64,000 nt of DNA, taken from Patescibacteria group bacterium (GTDB lineage Bacteria; Patescibacteriota; Microgenomatia; UBA12405). Under the pieces are notes generated by a model. The model ran no database searches and was not told where the DNA came from. It saw nothing but the letters and a program-made list of their open reading frames with translations. Where the stretch lies: positions 119,301 through 183,300 of the forward strand of contig WARW01000001.1 in the NCBI GenBank assembly GCA_013387215.1, read 5' to 3'. Of this stretch, positions 49,104-56,826 are shown piece after piece; the stretch's first letter is position 1; every line of letters starts with the position of its first letter. The translations under genes and the position numbers were made by a program.

Positions 49104-49657
49104 AAACTGGTGCGGTAAAGTTTTTGAGTTTCTTGCCAGCGGTTTTGATCTAAAGATTCGTCTCTATTTAAAACTTCTTGTGTCACAAAATCATAAGAAA
49201 ACCAAATTCTTTTACCATCGCCATTTTTAGCGTCACGAATGCAAGTTAAACGAAGCATAGCCATTTCAGTTCTAGAAATCGGCTCACTTTCCGGTTCTAT
49301 GGTTAAATGCAAAATTTTTTCCTCATTCAATTTAGTGTCAAAGACGACCATTCCCTCTAAAAGTTTTTCTAAATCAGTGTCAAAATTTTGCAACTCATTG
49401 CTTTCTACTGGTATATAAGAAATATTTTCATCAAATTTTTTCTTTCCTTTCAAGACAAATGGTATAGGTTTTTTATCTTTACAATATTCGATTATTTTTT
49501 TCTTAACCTCTTCTGCATTATCCTTAATGCTAAATGGTCTAACAAAAGTCACATGTAAGTGTTTTTCGTTTTGTGGATTGTCAGAAATTGTTGTTCTTAA
49601 ACCAGGTAATTCGTTTCCATGAATATGTGTTTCCAAAAAATACCTTTCTTTCGACAT
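49100..49657 (-). CDS. 2H phosphoesterase superfamily protein (LigT-like)
   Basis: Two H-x-T/S-x motifs (HVTFV and HLTIE) spaced ~80 aa apart. Confidence 0.45.
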   Translation of the reverse strand: MSKERYFLETHIHGNELPGLRTTISDNPQNEKHLHVTFVRPFSIKDNAEEVKKKIIEYCKDKKPIPFVLKGKKKFDENISYIPVESNELQNFDTDLEKLLEGMVVFDTKLNEEKILHLTIEPESEPISRTEMAMLRLTCIRDAKNGDGKRIWFSYDFVTQEVLNRDESLDQNRWQETQKLYRTSF

Positions 49658-49700
49658 TTAGATGCATTTTAACATAGATAATCATAATTGATGATTAAAT

Positions 49701-49865
49701 TTGCATATTTATCACTTTAGGTGTAAGATTCTGGCAAAAATATAATTAACTCAGTTTCGCACTGAACATTAATTATCTTTGTTCTTTAACAACTAGATCT
49801 TTTGAAAATAAGAGGTTAACCCCTCATTATATAAATAATCATATAAAAATAAAGGGAAAAGAAGG
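49701..49865 (+). promoter_or_regulatory. sigma-70-type promoter (TTGCAT-17-TAAGAT) plus ~130-nt conserved structured leader; paralogous copy at 56655..56826
   Basis: -35 TTGCAT 49701-06 and -10 TAAGAT 49724-29. The leader contains hairpins TCAGT-TTCGC-ACTGA and GAGG-TTAACC-CCTC that are conserved, with loop changes, in the second copy. Confidence 0.45.
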
Positions 49866-51998
49866 GTGATTTTTGTGAAGAGAATTATAATTTATCTTAC
49901 TATTGTGTGTCTCTTGATACTTTCAATGGCTAACACTTGCTATGGCATTGTCCTTAAGAAACCGGTTCCAGCTCCCATTTATAAGATTTACGGTTTAGAT
50001 TATTCCCCTTATATTGGAGCTAATCAAAGTCCAGGAAACAGTATTAGTGAAGACCAGATCAGAAAAACTCTGATGCAGATCAAGCCATATACGACTTGGA
50101 TTCGAACTTATGGCTGCACAGATAGTTTAGCCAATGTTGGTAAAATAGCCCATAGTTATGGACTAAAAACTGCTATTGGCGCTTGGTTGAGTAAGGATTT
50201 GGTTGCAAATGACAAAGAAATTGCCAATTTGATTAAAATTGCCAAAGCAGGACAAGCCGATCTTTTGATTGTTGGTAGCGAAACTTTGTATCGTCATGAC
50301 CTGACTGAAACTCAATTGGTTCAGTACATTAATAAGGTCAAAAACGAAGTACCAAAGATTCAAGTTGCTACGTCTGATACGGCTAATATGTTTATTCTGT
50401 ATCCATCAATCATAAATTCTATCGACAGTGTTCTTGCTAATATTTATCCTTATTGGGATGGTCAGGACATAAATAATGCTATGACTTCTCTAAACTCCCA
50501 ATATGTGCAGCTAAAAAAAATTGCTAAAGACAAAAAGGTTATTATTTCAGAAACAGGCTGGCCAAGTTCAGGTAACACTATTAACAAAGCTGTTCCTTCC
50601 GTGGAAAACGCAGCATTTTATTTCAAGAATTTCATTTCTTGGGCTAAAGCTACCAAAACCCAATATTTTTATTTTGAAGCCTTTGATGAACCCTGGAAGG
50701 GAACACCTCAGGCTCCTCAAGAAGCTCATTGGGGTATTTGGGATAACAACCTAAAGATGAAGTCCAAAATGATTGATGTTTTTCAAGGAAAAACCATCAA
50801 AAATAATTGGACTACTCCTAATCAAAAGTCGGTTTCCTTACCTGATCTAACCTTAGACAGTATTGCTTCCAATAGATATCTTGGCTCTTATGGAGATGCA
50901 AGCATATCAAGCAAGACAACCAGCAATTTTACCCTTACTTTAGGTAAAGATGTTAATACATGGGGTTCAGTTGCGGTTGATGTTGGTACTTGGGTAGGTG
51001 AGAAAGCTCTAGATTTATCTGGTTATAAGTATGCCATTATTCGTGCCAAAGGTGCCAAAGGTGGCGAGAAGTTTAGATTTGGTCTAGGTGTTGGTCCGAC
51101 AGATTATTTGTACGATAAAGGTTTAACTACTAATTGGCAAAACATAGTTATTGATCTTTCAGTTAGTATAAGAAACCTTAAGGATGTCAAACAGATTGGA
51201 TTTGAAATTGGTAGTCAATGGACAGGTAATAAAGTAGGGACAAAAATTTATATCGACGGTATAACGTTTAGTACTTCTAAAACACTAAAACCTGTACCTA
51301 CACCAACCCCGAAACCGACAATGACACCCAGTCCGACTCCGAGGCCTACGGCTACACCAAGCCCAACACCAAGTCCGACTCCTGTTCCAACCCCCAGTCC
51401 TACGCCCGTTACTACACCTAGCCCTACACCAACCCCGAAACCGACAATGACACCCAGTCCGACTCCGAGGCCTACGGCTACACCAAGCCCAACACCAAGT
51501 CCGACTCCGAGGCCTACGGCTACACCAAGCCCAACACCAAGTCCGACTCCTGTTCCGCTTCCAGATCTTCCAATATCAAGCATCACAGGCAACAGTTTTT
51601 GTTCCTATGGTGACGCTGGTTTATCCGATTATGCTAGTAATAGCTCTTTCGCAATAAACTTGCTCAGAAACACTGATACTTGGGGTTCGGTTGCAGTCAA
51701 TGTTGGTACTGGTGCTAATGTAACTGCTTTAGACCTATCTGGCTACAAGTATGCGATTATTCGTGTCAAAGGTGCTGTCGGAGGCGAAAAATTCAGATTT
51801 GGTCTGGGTTATGGTCCTACTGACTTTTATTACAATCAAGGTTTAACAACAGATTGGCAGGATATCAAAATTGATATAAGCAATTTTTCAAGAAACTTGA
51901 AAGATGTTAAGCAGATCGGTTTTGAAATAGGCAGTCAGTGGACTGGTAATGCTGTTGGGACCAAAATATATATTGGTGGAATAAAATTCACCGATTAA
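49866..51998 (+). CDS. secreted glycoside hydrolase family 17-like (beta-1,3-glucanase-like) enzyme with PT-rich linkers and two copies of a ~130-aa C-terminal domain
   Basis: Signal peptide. The catalytic domain ends in the [11 protein letters not shown] signature (the ETGWPS motif of GH17). Then a tandem PT-rich linker and two ~130-aa domains (SYGDA...TWGS...[29 protein letters not shown]...GLTT.WQ.I.ID...[25 protein letters not shown]). Confidence 0.55.
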   Translation: MIFVKRIIIYLTIVCLLILSMANTCYGIVLKKPVPAPIYKIYGLDYSPYIGANQSPGNSISEDQIRKTLMQIKPYTTWIRTYGCTDSLANVGKIAHSYGLKTAIGAWLSKDLVANDKEIANLIKIAKAGQADLLIVGSETLYRHDLTETQLVQYINKVKNEVPKIQVATSDTANMFILYPSIINSIDSVLANIYPYWDGQDINNAMTSLNSQYVQLKKIAKDKKVIISETGWPSSGNTINKAVPSVENAAFYFKNFISWAKATKTQYFYFEAFDEPWKGTPQAPQEAHWGIWDNNLKMKSKMIDVFQGKTIKNNWTTPNQKSVSLPDLTLDSIASNRYLGSYGDASISSKTTSNFTLTLGKDVNTWGSVAVDVGTWVGEKALDLSGYKYAIIRAKGAKGGEKFRFGLGVGPTDYLYDKGLTTNWQNIVIDLSVSIRNLKDVKQIGFEIGSQWTGNKVGTKIYIDGITFSTSKTLKPVPTPTPKPTMTPSPTPRPTATPSPTPSPTPVPTPSPTPVTTPSPTPTPKPTMTPSPTPRPTATPSPTPSPTPRPTATPSPTPSPTPVPLPDLPISSITGNSFCSYGDAGLSDYASNSSFAINLLRNTDTWGSVAVNVGTGANVTALDLSGYKYAIIRVKGAVGGEKFRFGLGYGPTDFYYNQGLTTDWQDIKIDISNFSRNLKDVKQIGFEIGSQWTGNAVGTKIYIGGIKFTD
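51296..51560. repeat. 126-bp tandem repeat (2.3 copies) encoding a Pro/Thr/Ser-rich linker
   Basis: Unit ACACCAACCCCGAAACCGACAATGACACCCAGTCCGACTCC... at 51300-51383 repeated identically at 51426-51509, plus a partial third copy; lies in-frame inside the GH17 gene. Confidence 0.65.
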
Positions 51999-52020
51999 TT
52001 TTCAAAAGATCTCAGGTTGA

Positions 52021-52070
52021 TACCGCTGGTTTACACAGTAATGTGTACATAAATCCAGCGGTATTTTTTT
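52021..52070 (+). terminator. rho-independent terminator (paralogous to the one at 58907..58946)
   Basis: TACCGCTGG...inner hairpin TACACAgtaaTGTGTA...CCAGCGGTA followed by TTTTTTT. Confidence 0.55.
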
Positions 52071-52131
52071 AAAATCTTTTCTTACATTTTTCTTTAAACA
52101 ATCTCATAATTAGAAGTTATCTTAAAAAGAT

Positions 52132-52467
52132 ATGGCCCAAGAAATTAAATTAATTGTTTATCCCGTTAAAGACATAGAAACTGCCAAGAAATTTTATTCA
52201 AAATTCTTAGGAGTTGATCCTTATGTTGACGGTCTTTATTATGTCGGATTCAGAATAGGTGATCAGGAAATAGGTTTGGATCCAAACTCCATATCTCCCA
52301 CACCTATTGGGTACATAAACGTTGAAAATATAAGCACTTATTTGCAAGACATGGTGGATGCTGGAGCCCAAATTGTGGAAGACATAAAAGACGTTGGACA
52401 AGGATTACAGGTTGCTCAAATAAAAGATGCCGATGGCAACATTTTAGGTCTCAGGCAATTTCCTTAA
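52132..52467 (+). CDS. glyoxalase/bleomycin-resistance (VOC) family protein
   Basis: 111-aa single VOC module pattern (KDIETAKKFYSKFLG ... DADGNILGL). Confidence 0.55.
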   Translation: MAQEIKLIVYPVKDIETAKKFYSKFLGVDPYVDGLYYVGFRIGDQEIGLDPNSISPTPIGYINVENISTYLQDMVDAGAQIVEDIKDVGQGLQVAQIKDADGNILGLRQFP

Positions 52468-52547
52468 TCATTTAACTTTTTAATAGCCCCAAGGTGTTTT
52501 TTTCTTATTTCCATTGATCCCTTTGCCATAATTAGTTATCATAAATT

Positions 52548-53003
52548 ATGAACTTGAAAGTGCTTGTGGGCAGCGGAGAAAAAATCGGACGGCTTGTTTT
52601 GCCGTTTTTAATAATTGGTTTGGTTTTGAATATTCTAGATCCTTCTTTGTTCAGCGTTGGTGGTCCCTCAATGGTTTTAAAAACAGTTTCAATTATTGTT
52701 TTGATTCCGGGAATAATAAATTGGGCTTGGTCAGTAATTTTAATCTTAACCAAAATACCTCAAAAAAAACTCATCACCACTGGTCCTTATTCCTTAGCTA
52801 AACATCCTTTATACACTGGTGTCGCCTTGCTAGTCCTGCCTTGGGTGGGATTTCTTCTTAACACCTGCTTGGGTGTCTTAATTGGCATCATTGTTTATAT
52901 TGGTTCAAGAATATATTCGCCTGAAGAAGAAAAAATATTGTCAAAAACTTTTAGCAATTCCTGGAATCAATATTGTAAAAAAGTGAAAATACCGTGGCTG
53001 TAA
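52548..53003 (+). CDS. isoprenylcysteine carboxyl methyltransferase / PEMT-like membrane methyltransferase
   Basis: Four TM helices and LITTGPYSLAKHPLYTGVALLVL (the HP.Y.G motif of the ICMT/PEMT/NnrU family), plus a C-terminal EEE motif. Confidence 0.5.
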   Translation: MNLKVLVGSGEKIGRLVLPFLIIGLVLNILDPSLFSVGGPSMVLKTVSIIVLIPGIINWAWSVILILTKIPQKKLITTGPYSLAKHPLYTGVALLVLPWVGFLLNTCLGVLIGIIVYIGSRIYSPEEEKILSKTFSNSWNQYCKKVKIPWL

Positions 53004-53139
53004 ATAAACATCTAATAATATAAAAAGACACCTTAGGATTTGGTACTTTGTTTGCGTTTCCTCTTCTCGTTGCTTGGCAAATAAATAAAATAAACACGTA
53101 TCTTGTTGATAAATAATCAATAAAAATATATCATTAAGT

Positions 53140-53370
53140 ATGACTAAAGAACAAAATACTTCAGAATGCTGCGGTGGAAATAAAAAACATACTTATCATC
53201 ATTATAATCATGGCAGTTCAGACGCCATTTATGGGCTGGGTATCATTGGCTCTTTATTTTATTTTTTGCAGGGCGCCACTACTTTTACAGCGGTAATCAT
53301 TGGTATTGGAAAAGCAATTTTTTGGCCAGCTTTCTTAATATTCAGAGTACTCACAATTCTGCATCTCTAA
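53140..53370 (+). CDS. small membrane protein with Cys/His-rich N-terminus
   Basis: SECCGGNKKHTYHHYNHGSS followed by two TM helices; possible metal-binding tail. Confidence 0.3.
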   Translation: MTKEQNTSECCGGNKKHTYHHYNHGSSDAIYGLGIIGSLFYFLQGATTFTAVIIGIGKAIFWPAFLIFRVLTILHL

Positions 53371-53413
53371 ATTTATCTTAAGATTTTTTCCAAATACGCC
53401 TTACAATTAAAAA

Positions 53414-53986
53414 ATGTGCGACCAATACGCTTTCCATCCAAGCCCAGATTTTTATTCCCGATTTTCTTTAAATAATAAACTGCCGGCTCTTTTAAGTGTT
53501 AACAAAGCCGCTCCAGACAGTTTTATGCCAATTATTTTTTGGGAAAATGGCTCAAAAATAGATATTATGAGGTGGGGATTTGTACCTCAATGGGCAAAAA
53601 ATCTGGATTTTGGCACCAGATTGTTTAATGCCAAAGCTGAAACTGTTTTGGAAAACAAAGCCTATTGTGGTTCATTCAATTCTTGCCGTTGCCTTATTCC
53701 GGTAAATAACTTTTCTTTTTCTAAAAGCAATCGGTCTTTTAAGCTCAAATACGAATCTATGTTTTGTCTGGCTGGTCTTTATTCGCTTTGGGAATCGCCC
53801 GATGGCAGCTTTTTGCCCACCTTCACGATTTTGACCACTCATTCTAATTATTTGATTCGGCCTTTTTCCGACCGTATGCCAATTGTTATTTCTAAAAAAG
53901 ATGAAAGGCTTTGGCTCAACCCCATAGCACCGTCTGGAAAGTTATTTCCCTTAATGCGGCCTTATTCTTTGGAACTAATGATCTAA
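53414..53986 (+). CDS. SOS-response-associated peptidase (SRAP/YedK/DUF159)-like abasic-site processing protein
   Basis: Begins MC (catalytic Cys2 after Met removal) and contains IMRWGFVPQWAK (the mRWGl.P.W motif of SRAP). Confidence 0.55.
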   Translation: MCDQYAFHPSPDFYSRFSLNNKLPALLSVNKAAPDSFMPIIFWENGSKIDIMRWGFVPQWAKNLDFGTRLFNAKAETVLENKAYCGSFNSCRCLIPVNNFSFSKSNRSFKLKYESMFCLAGLYSLWESPDGSFLPTFTILTTHSNYLIRPFSDRMPIVISKKDERLWLNPIAPSGKLFPLMRPYSLELMI

Positions 53987-54050
53987 AATTCATTTTATAA
54001 ATTATTTATCAACCAATTGAATTTTGCCCTTAATTAAGTAAAATTTATAC

Positions 54051-54740
54051 ATGGAATATATAAATAATATAATCAGCGATAATGTCACTGATGAACCTAC
54101 TATTCCTCAACCAGTTCAGCCAATAATTACTCCGCCAAATAACCCGCAGCCAATTTTGGAACAACCACCGATCATCCCTCAGAATAACAAAAATAAAAAC
54201 ACAAAATTTTATATTATTTCCGGTGTTTTGGTTTTATTTTTATTAACGCTTTGCTATCTATTAGCTTTTCAATCTAAAAGAATCACCAGCCTGCTTCCCC
54301 AAAAGAAAACAACTCCTGTTCCAATTCCGACTGTTACTGTTGTCAAAACTACTCCTACTGCTAGTTCTAAAGATGCTTATTTAAAAATGAAAGCAGAAGA
54401 AGACCATCTTAATACTTTTGATGAATATTTAGTTTTTTTGAATAAATACGGCACCAAAGAAAAAAATGAAGAAGTAAATAAAGGTTTGGGTCAAATAAAT
54501 TTACTGCCTACTGGTTTTAAAGAGCAATTGATGAGTATGGTTAAATCAGGATCGCCTTTACTGAAAGACATCACTAATGTGGATGAAAAAGTTGAAGATA
54601 ATGTTTCCCTCTTAAAAATTACCAGCAATAACCCGCAACTTCAAGGAACCGTCAAACTTATTCTTGAAAACGGAATCTGGAAACTTGATAGTGAGGTTTG
54701 GGATCAATCACTAAAACCAAGTCCAAGTGTCACACCATAA
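54051..54740 (+). CDS. membrane-anchored protein with Pro-rich N-terminal region
   Basis: Proline-rich cytoplasmic N-terminus, single TM helix and an extracytoplasmic domain. Confidence 0.35.
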   Translation: MEYINNIISDNVTDEPTIPQPVQPIITPPNNPQPILEQPPIIPQNNKNKNTKFYIISGVLVLFLLTLCYLLAFQSKRITSLLPQKKTTPVPIPTVTVVKTTPTASSKDAYLKMKAEEDHLNTFDEYLVFLNKYGTKEKNEEVNKGLGQINLLPTGFKEQLMSMVKSGSPLLKDITNVDEKVEDNVSLLKITSNNPQLQGTVKLILENGIWKLDSEVWDQSLKPSPSVTP

Positions 54741-54763
54741 TCCAAGTCAGCTACAATATTGAA

Positions 54764-55072
54764 ATGATAAATTCTTGTAAAGCCTGTGGAAAATGCTGCA
54801 AATTATTTTTAATAAATCTCTCTCAAAAAGAATATCGATCAAAAGAATATCAAACCATGTTCCAAGAATACGGTTTTATTGATGATTTCTCTAAAGCCAG
54901 AAAATGCGGAGCTAATTTTTTAGCCAAAAATATCGATGAAAGTTGTATTTATTTAAAAGATAATAAATGTAGTATTCATCAATCTCGTCCTCAAGTTTGC
55001 CGTCATTTCTTTTGCACTTCAAAATCTAAAAAATTTGCCGGTATGATCCAAATCATTAAATCTAGTCTTTAA
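54764..55072 (+). CDS. YkgJ-family putative Fe-S/zinc cluster protein (CxxCGxCC)
   Basis: MINSCKACGKCCKLF...C...CRHFFC pattern typical of UPF0153/YkgJ. Start set at the internal Met just downstream of the preceding gene stop. Confidence 0.45.
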   Translation: MINSCKACGKCCKLFLINLSQKEYRSKEYQTMFQEYGFIDDFSKARKCGANFLAKNIDESCIYLKDNKCSIHQSRPQVCRHFFCTSKSKKFAGMIQIIKSSL

Positions 55073-55085
55073 ATATTTTTAAGCA

Positions 55086-55116
55086 CCAAAAATCCCCTCA
55101 AAAGAGGGGATTAATT
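55086..55116 (-). terminator. rho-independent terminator of the RRM gene
   Basis: In minus orientation AATCCCCTC-TTTTGA-GAGGGGATT followed by TTTTT. Confidence 0.55.
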
Positions 55117-55133
55117 GAAGTTTTAAAAACAAA

Positions 55134-55457
55134 TTAGAATCTGTTTCCGCCGCCGAAACCACCGCGGTTGCCGCCATTAGAGTAATTATCTCTTCGTGGA
55201 GGTCTTTCTTCCATTGGTCTGGCTTCATTAACCTTGACGGTACGACCCTCAAGTTCTTTTTCGTTCCACATCTCAATTCCAGCATTTGCTTCTTCGTCAG
55301 TTGACATTTCTACAAATCCGAAACCTTTTGATCGACCGGAAAATTTATCTTTAATAACTATTGCTGATACAACTGTACCAACTTGAGCGAACGCTGCTCT
55401 TAAACCTTCATCAGTGGTTTGAAAAGACAAGCCGCCGACATACAACTTTTTTGCCAT
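55134..55457 (-). CDS. RRM-type RNA-binding protein with glycine-rich tail
   Basis: RNP2 LYVGGL and RNP1 KGFGFVEM motifs; C-terminal RGG/GGF tail. Confidence 0.7.
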   Translation of the reverse strand: MAKKLYVGGLSFQTTDEGLRAAFAQVGTVVSAIVIKDKFSGRSKGFGFVEMSTDEEANAGIEMWNEKELEGRTVKVNEARPMEERPPRRDNYSNGGNRGGFGGGNRF

Positions 55458-55827
55458 TATTTTGCAAACTTATAAATGTAGCGACCTCTCTTTACATCAA
55501 AAATCTCTACATCGCTATTATACAGCACATATTAATTTATAGTTAATGATTCGTTTTGCCGACACTAATAAAGTCAAAAGCCGATTCATTCATTAAATCG
55601 TTGCTTATCTAAATTTATTTAAGCTCAATTTATACCTAAGTTTGACATTAATTTTATCGTTTAGTAAAATCACACACTTTTAAAATAAACTAAAGCGTTT
55701 ATTTAAAAAGAATTTGTACCTTAAAAAAGAAAGAGAGCTGCCAAAATAGGTATTATCCTTTGTGTATTTCATACACCTTGGTATTGCCTATTTTGGTGAT
55801 AAAAATAAATTGATTGGAGGATTTTTT

Positions 55828-56280
55828 ATGAGTAACTTGTTAAAAGTAGCTATTGGTATTGTGGCAACTGTGCTTCTTGGTTTCTTCTTTTTTTGGTTAT
55901 TGTGTTTGAATCATGTCAGCGTCAATCACATTGGTATTGCCTATGACTCTGGAAATGGCACTATAACTATACAAAAGAAACCTGGTTGGTATTTAACCTC
56001 GCCGATGGTAAGAACAACTTGTTTAAGCACTGTCCCAATGAAAGTCACCATTCCCTCAGAAGCCCAAGTAATCATTTCTAAAGTTGTTCGGTTTAAACCA
56101 GAAGGTGTCGATGAATATATTCGGCTTCAAGGTTTTTATTACAACATGGATTCAAGCCTAAATAGCGTATTACTTGGCTATGCTTTTTCCGGAAAAGACT
56201 ATCCTTTCCTAGAAATAATGCAGGAAGCTGCTCCTGAAAATATTAATGTGGACCCGCTTTATAAGGTAAAAGGTAACTGA
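55828..56280 (+). CDS. membrane-anchored protein with SPFH/band-7-like N-terminal segment (short)
   Basis: GGAGG RBS 8 nt upstream of the ATG at 55828. TM helix, then HIGIAYDSGNGTI...KPGWYLTSPMV resembling the start of SPFH domains; too short for a full SPFH. Confidence 0.35.
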   Translation: MSNLLKVAIGIVATVLLGFFFFWLLCLNHVSVNHIGIAYDSGNGTITIQKKPGWYLTSPMVRTTCLSTVPMKVTIPSEAQVIISKVVRFKPEGVDEYIRLQGFYYNMDSSLNSVLLGYAFSGKDYPFLEIMQEAAPENINVDPLYKVKGN

Positions 56281-56282
56281 TT

Positions 56283-56546
56283 ATGAAAAAGTATTTGATT
56301 TTAAATCGATGGAAACTATCGGTTGTTACAATTTGCACTTTAATAATTATTGTAATTTTATTTAATAAGGCTTGGATTGTGAATCTTGTTTGGATGAATG
56401 CTGCCGCAATTGGCCATACTTTTCACCAACAAGGTCCTCACACTTCAATTGCTATTTTGATAGTAGCTTTTTACATTTTCATTATTTGGAACCTGTTCTG
56501 GAAAATTTATTCTCTTATCGCCCGGATTAAACCATTTATTAGCTGA
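56283..56546 (+). CDS. small membrane protein
   Basis: 87 aa, three TM helices; starts 3 nt after the upstream stop. Confidence 0.3.
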   Translation: MKKYLILNRWKLSVVTICTLIIIVILFNKAWIVNLVWMNAAAIGHTFHQQGPHTSIAILIVAFYIFIIWNLFWKIYSLIARIKPFIS

Positions 56547-56654
56547 CTCTCTTTTTTTTATTATTGACCTATCAAAGCTTGGTTTTTAGCCAATCCATTT
56601 GATGGGTCTTTTTTTTTATATAAAAATAAAAAAACTTCACAAACTTCCAAAAAT

Positions 56655-56826
56655 TTGCATATTTACGACTTCGGGTGTAATATCCTGGCAAAACAATAAT
56701 TAGTTCAGTTTTTGCACTGAAATTTAACTATTGGTACTTTAACAACTAAAGATCTTTTGAACTCAAAAATATGAGGTTTAGCCTCTTTATATATAGCTCC
56801 AAATAAAAATAATATAAAAGGGATAG
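56655..56826 (+). promoter_or_regulatory. paralogous promoter (TTGCAT-17-TAATAT) and conserved leader upstream of the LRR surface-protein gene
   Basis: -35 TTGCAT 56655-60 and -10 TAATAT 56678-83. The leader aligns with 49701..49865, including hairpins TCAGT-TTTTGC-ACTGA and GAGG-TTTAG-CCTC. Confidence 0.45.

Noticed and set aside
51296-51560. Possible CRISPR array (regular repeats)
   Set aside because: Only 2.3 long (126-bp) copies, in-frame within a coding region, no spacer-repeat architecture, no cas genes.
51248-51592. 114-aa minus-strand ORF translating as GLGVGLGV repeats
   Set aside because: Antisense reading of the PT-linker tandem repeat inside the GH17 gene; an artefact of repeat composition.
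54698-54763. Upstream extension of the YkgJ-like ORF (MGSITKTKSKCHTIIQVSYNIE)
   Set aside because: It overlaps the end of the preceding gene in another frame and lacks an RBS; the internal Met at 54764 gives a typical YkgJ N-terminus.
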